Of a stretch of DNA of 64,000 bases, positions 62,105-64,000 are shown piece after piece. Both the position numbers and the translations under genes were made by a program. The DNA comes from Ruditapes philippinarum (lineage: Eukaryota): the NCBI RefSeq assembly GCF_026571515.1, contig NW_026854188.1:372001-436000 (forward strand), read 5' to 3'. Within the stretch, counting starts at the first letter, position 1, and the number at the start of each line of letters is the position of its first letter. The notes under the pieces were generated by a model that saw nothing but the letters and a program-made list of their open reading frames with translations, searched no databases and had not been told where the DNA came from.

Positions 62105-63100
62105 AAATCTTACACCGGCTTCCGGTACGACCGGAATATCTAGCTCGAGGGTAACTGTTTACAGCGGTAACGAAGCTCTGCCGAGTTTCCGCTAAACAGT
62201 TACCCGAGACAGCCGGTGTTTGATTATTTTTCTTGCATATTATATGTCAATTATTTTCGGAACAGAAATTATGAAAACTGATATTCCCATTACGCACTTT
62301 TTTCTTATAGTAGCGTATGAACATACAACTTCATTCATAACGGAAAAATGACGTCATCTTAAGAACGCGATTCATTCATAAAAGGCGCGCATCAATGACG
62401 TCATTTAAAGCACGCGACTTGTCTTACATGGGGGTGTAAGACAGAGTTTTCTAGCACCGGTAATCCTGTCTGAGGTGCAAGAATTAACGTGCCGTTACAA
62501 GAATGTTTTATCTATTTCTTTATCGTTGGTATTTGCAAATGTAAAATCTTAATCATTTTGATTTCTTAAAATAAAATTCAATGATTTTGTACATAACCCC
62601 CCATCCCGGAAAACCCTGCTTGACTGTGATGCTGAAATACCTGATAACTGAAGCGGTAAAACATTATAAGAATCTTACACCGACTGCCGGTACAGACCGG
62701 AATATCTCGCTCGAGGGTAACTGTTTACAGCGGTAACGAGGCTCTGCTGAGTTTCCGCTAAACAGTTATAAATCCGAGAGCTAGATATTCCCGTGTGTAC
62801 CAACAGCCGGTGTTTGATTATTTTTCTTGCATATTACATGTCAATTATTTTCGAAACAGAAATTATGAAAACTGATATTCTCATTGCGCACCTTTTTTCT
62901 TATAGTAGCGTATGGACATGCAATTTCATTCATAACGGGAAAATGACGTCATCCTAAGAACGCGATTCATTCATAAAAGGCGCGCGTCAATGACGTCATT
63001 TAAAGCACGCGACTTGTCTTACATGGGGGGGGGGGGGAGTAAGACAGAGTTTTCTAGCACCAGCGTAAATTGTAGATATTCCCGTCTGAGATGCAAGAAT
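62105..63100 (+). repeat. Two direct copies (62105-62484 and 62670-63100) of a ~400-bp element containing a hairpin
   Basis: Both begin AATCTTACACCG..CCGGTAC..ACCGGAATATCT.GCTCGAGGGTAACTGTTTACAGCGG and end GTCTGAG.TGCAAGAAT. Internal inverted repeat TAACTGTTT..GCGG / CCGC.AAACAGTTA. Confidence 0.85.
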
Positions 63101-63394
63101 ATACAGGTATTATTAAAGTTACAAATTGGATCTAAGAAAAGAAACATTGTACTCGTAAATCATGCTAAACAAATGTTAAATATGTTGTTTTGCTACATAG
63201 AATTTACCGTAGCTACACATGAGCATATATGTTAAAAAAAAAATTATGTTTAAAATTTTAGTTTATATTTAAACGATTTTGTTTTTATGTTTAAAATACA
63301 GAAAAATCGTGTCTAATTTCCTCAGTATCGACCCAGTTCCTGGGTTTTACATAACTTTGATGCGAAAATAGAACGCTGTTCAATTGGAAGTTAA

Positions 63395-63732
63395 AGCTGC
63401 ACGCCTCCAGATGAGCCAAAATATCTCAAGAAAATCAATATTGAGAAAAATGTACTTACATTTTAAGGAAAGATTCAAGTGAAATTTTACATGTTATGTG
63501 CGGTTTGTTTAAGACTGCTTTTGCAGTATTTTATTACCATATTTCTACTGCGTTACTAACGCAGTAAAGGCTAATTTTTGCATATGTTGACCACTTTTTG
63601 GTAATTTTCTTGAATTATATGTGCCGATTGCAATATTTAAATTGATTTATTTGTTCATCTTACAATATTTTACTTTAAAATACTTTTAAAAAAAAATCAT
63701 GAAAATTAACATGAATCTGGAGGCGTGCTGCT
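63395..63732. mobile_element. TTAA-flanked MITE (Kolobok-like)
   Basis: TIR AGCTGCACGCCTCCAGAT / ATCTGGAGGCGTGCTGCT (17/18 match). TTAA at 63391-94 and 63733-36. Confidence 0.8.
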
Positions 63733-64000
63733 TTAAGAAGCATGTTATATAGTTTAGTTTTCTTAGAGTCACGTTTGTTTTTTTTTTCTAAATATTGGTC
63801 AAGTTTCAATAGCTTTTTGTTTACTATAATAATTGCTTATGGAATCGTATATTTTTATGATATTGCACTTATTACAGTATCTTTTTATTTACATGTTCTT
63901 TGTTGAAACCCAAGCATAACTAAAACAAAATTTAAGAAAATACCTTAAAAGAATTGAACATATATAAGGTAACAAAACTAAAGGATCGAAAGAACAACAT

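Overview
This is eukaryotic, AT-rich (very roughly 30% GC by eye), intron-containing, repeat-dense animal DNA. The SINE, MITE and Helentron-like repeat families and the gene content suggest a bivalve mollusc (inference). Host genes that can be assembled with in-phase splice sites: (1) three paralogous 3-exon genes for an uncharacterised secreted protein with a signal peptide, a short coiled coil and a ~200-aa globular domain, at 3127-8239 (-), 12774-15164 (+) and 40351-43961 (+); (2) an intronless UXT (alpha-prefoldin-like) ORF at 18784-19239 (+); (3) a 16-exon GABA-B-receptor-like class C GPCR at 45787-58537 (-). The receptor keeps the carboxylate-binding serines, appears to have lost the GABA amine-binding residues, and has no coiled-coil tail. 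Mobile and repeat content: an apparently intact intron-containing pogo-type DD35D transposon with a C-terminal PHD finger (31358-35012), a 41-bp and a 37-bp satellite array (the latter with 444-bp higher-order duplications), a Helentron-like element carrying ~158-bp and ~20-bp internal repeats, a tRNA-like Pol III unit ending like an LTR, several MITEs, SINEs, LINE fragments and a 146-N assembly gap. There is no CRISPR array and no rRNA. All coordinates and translations were read by eye and no database search was run.
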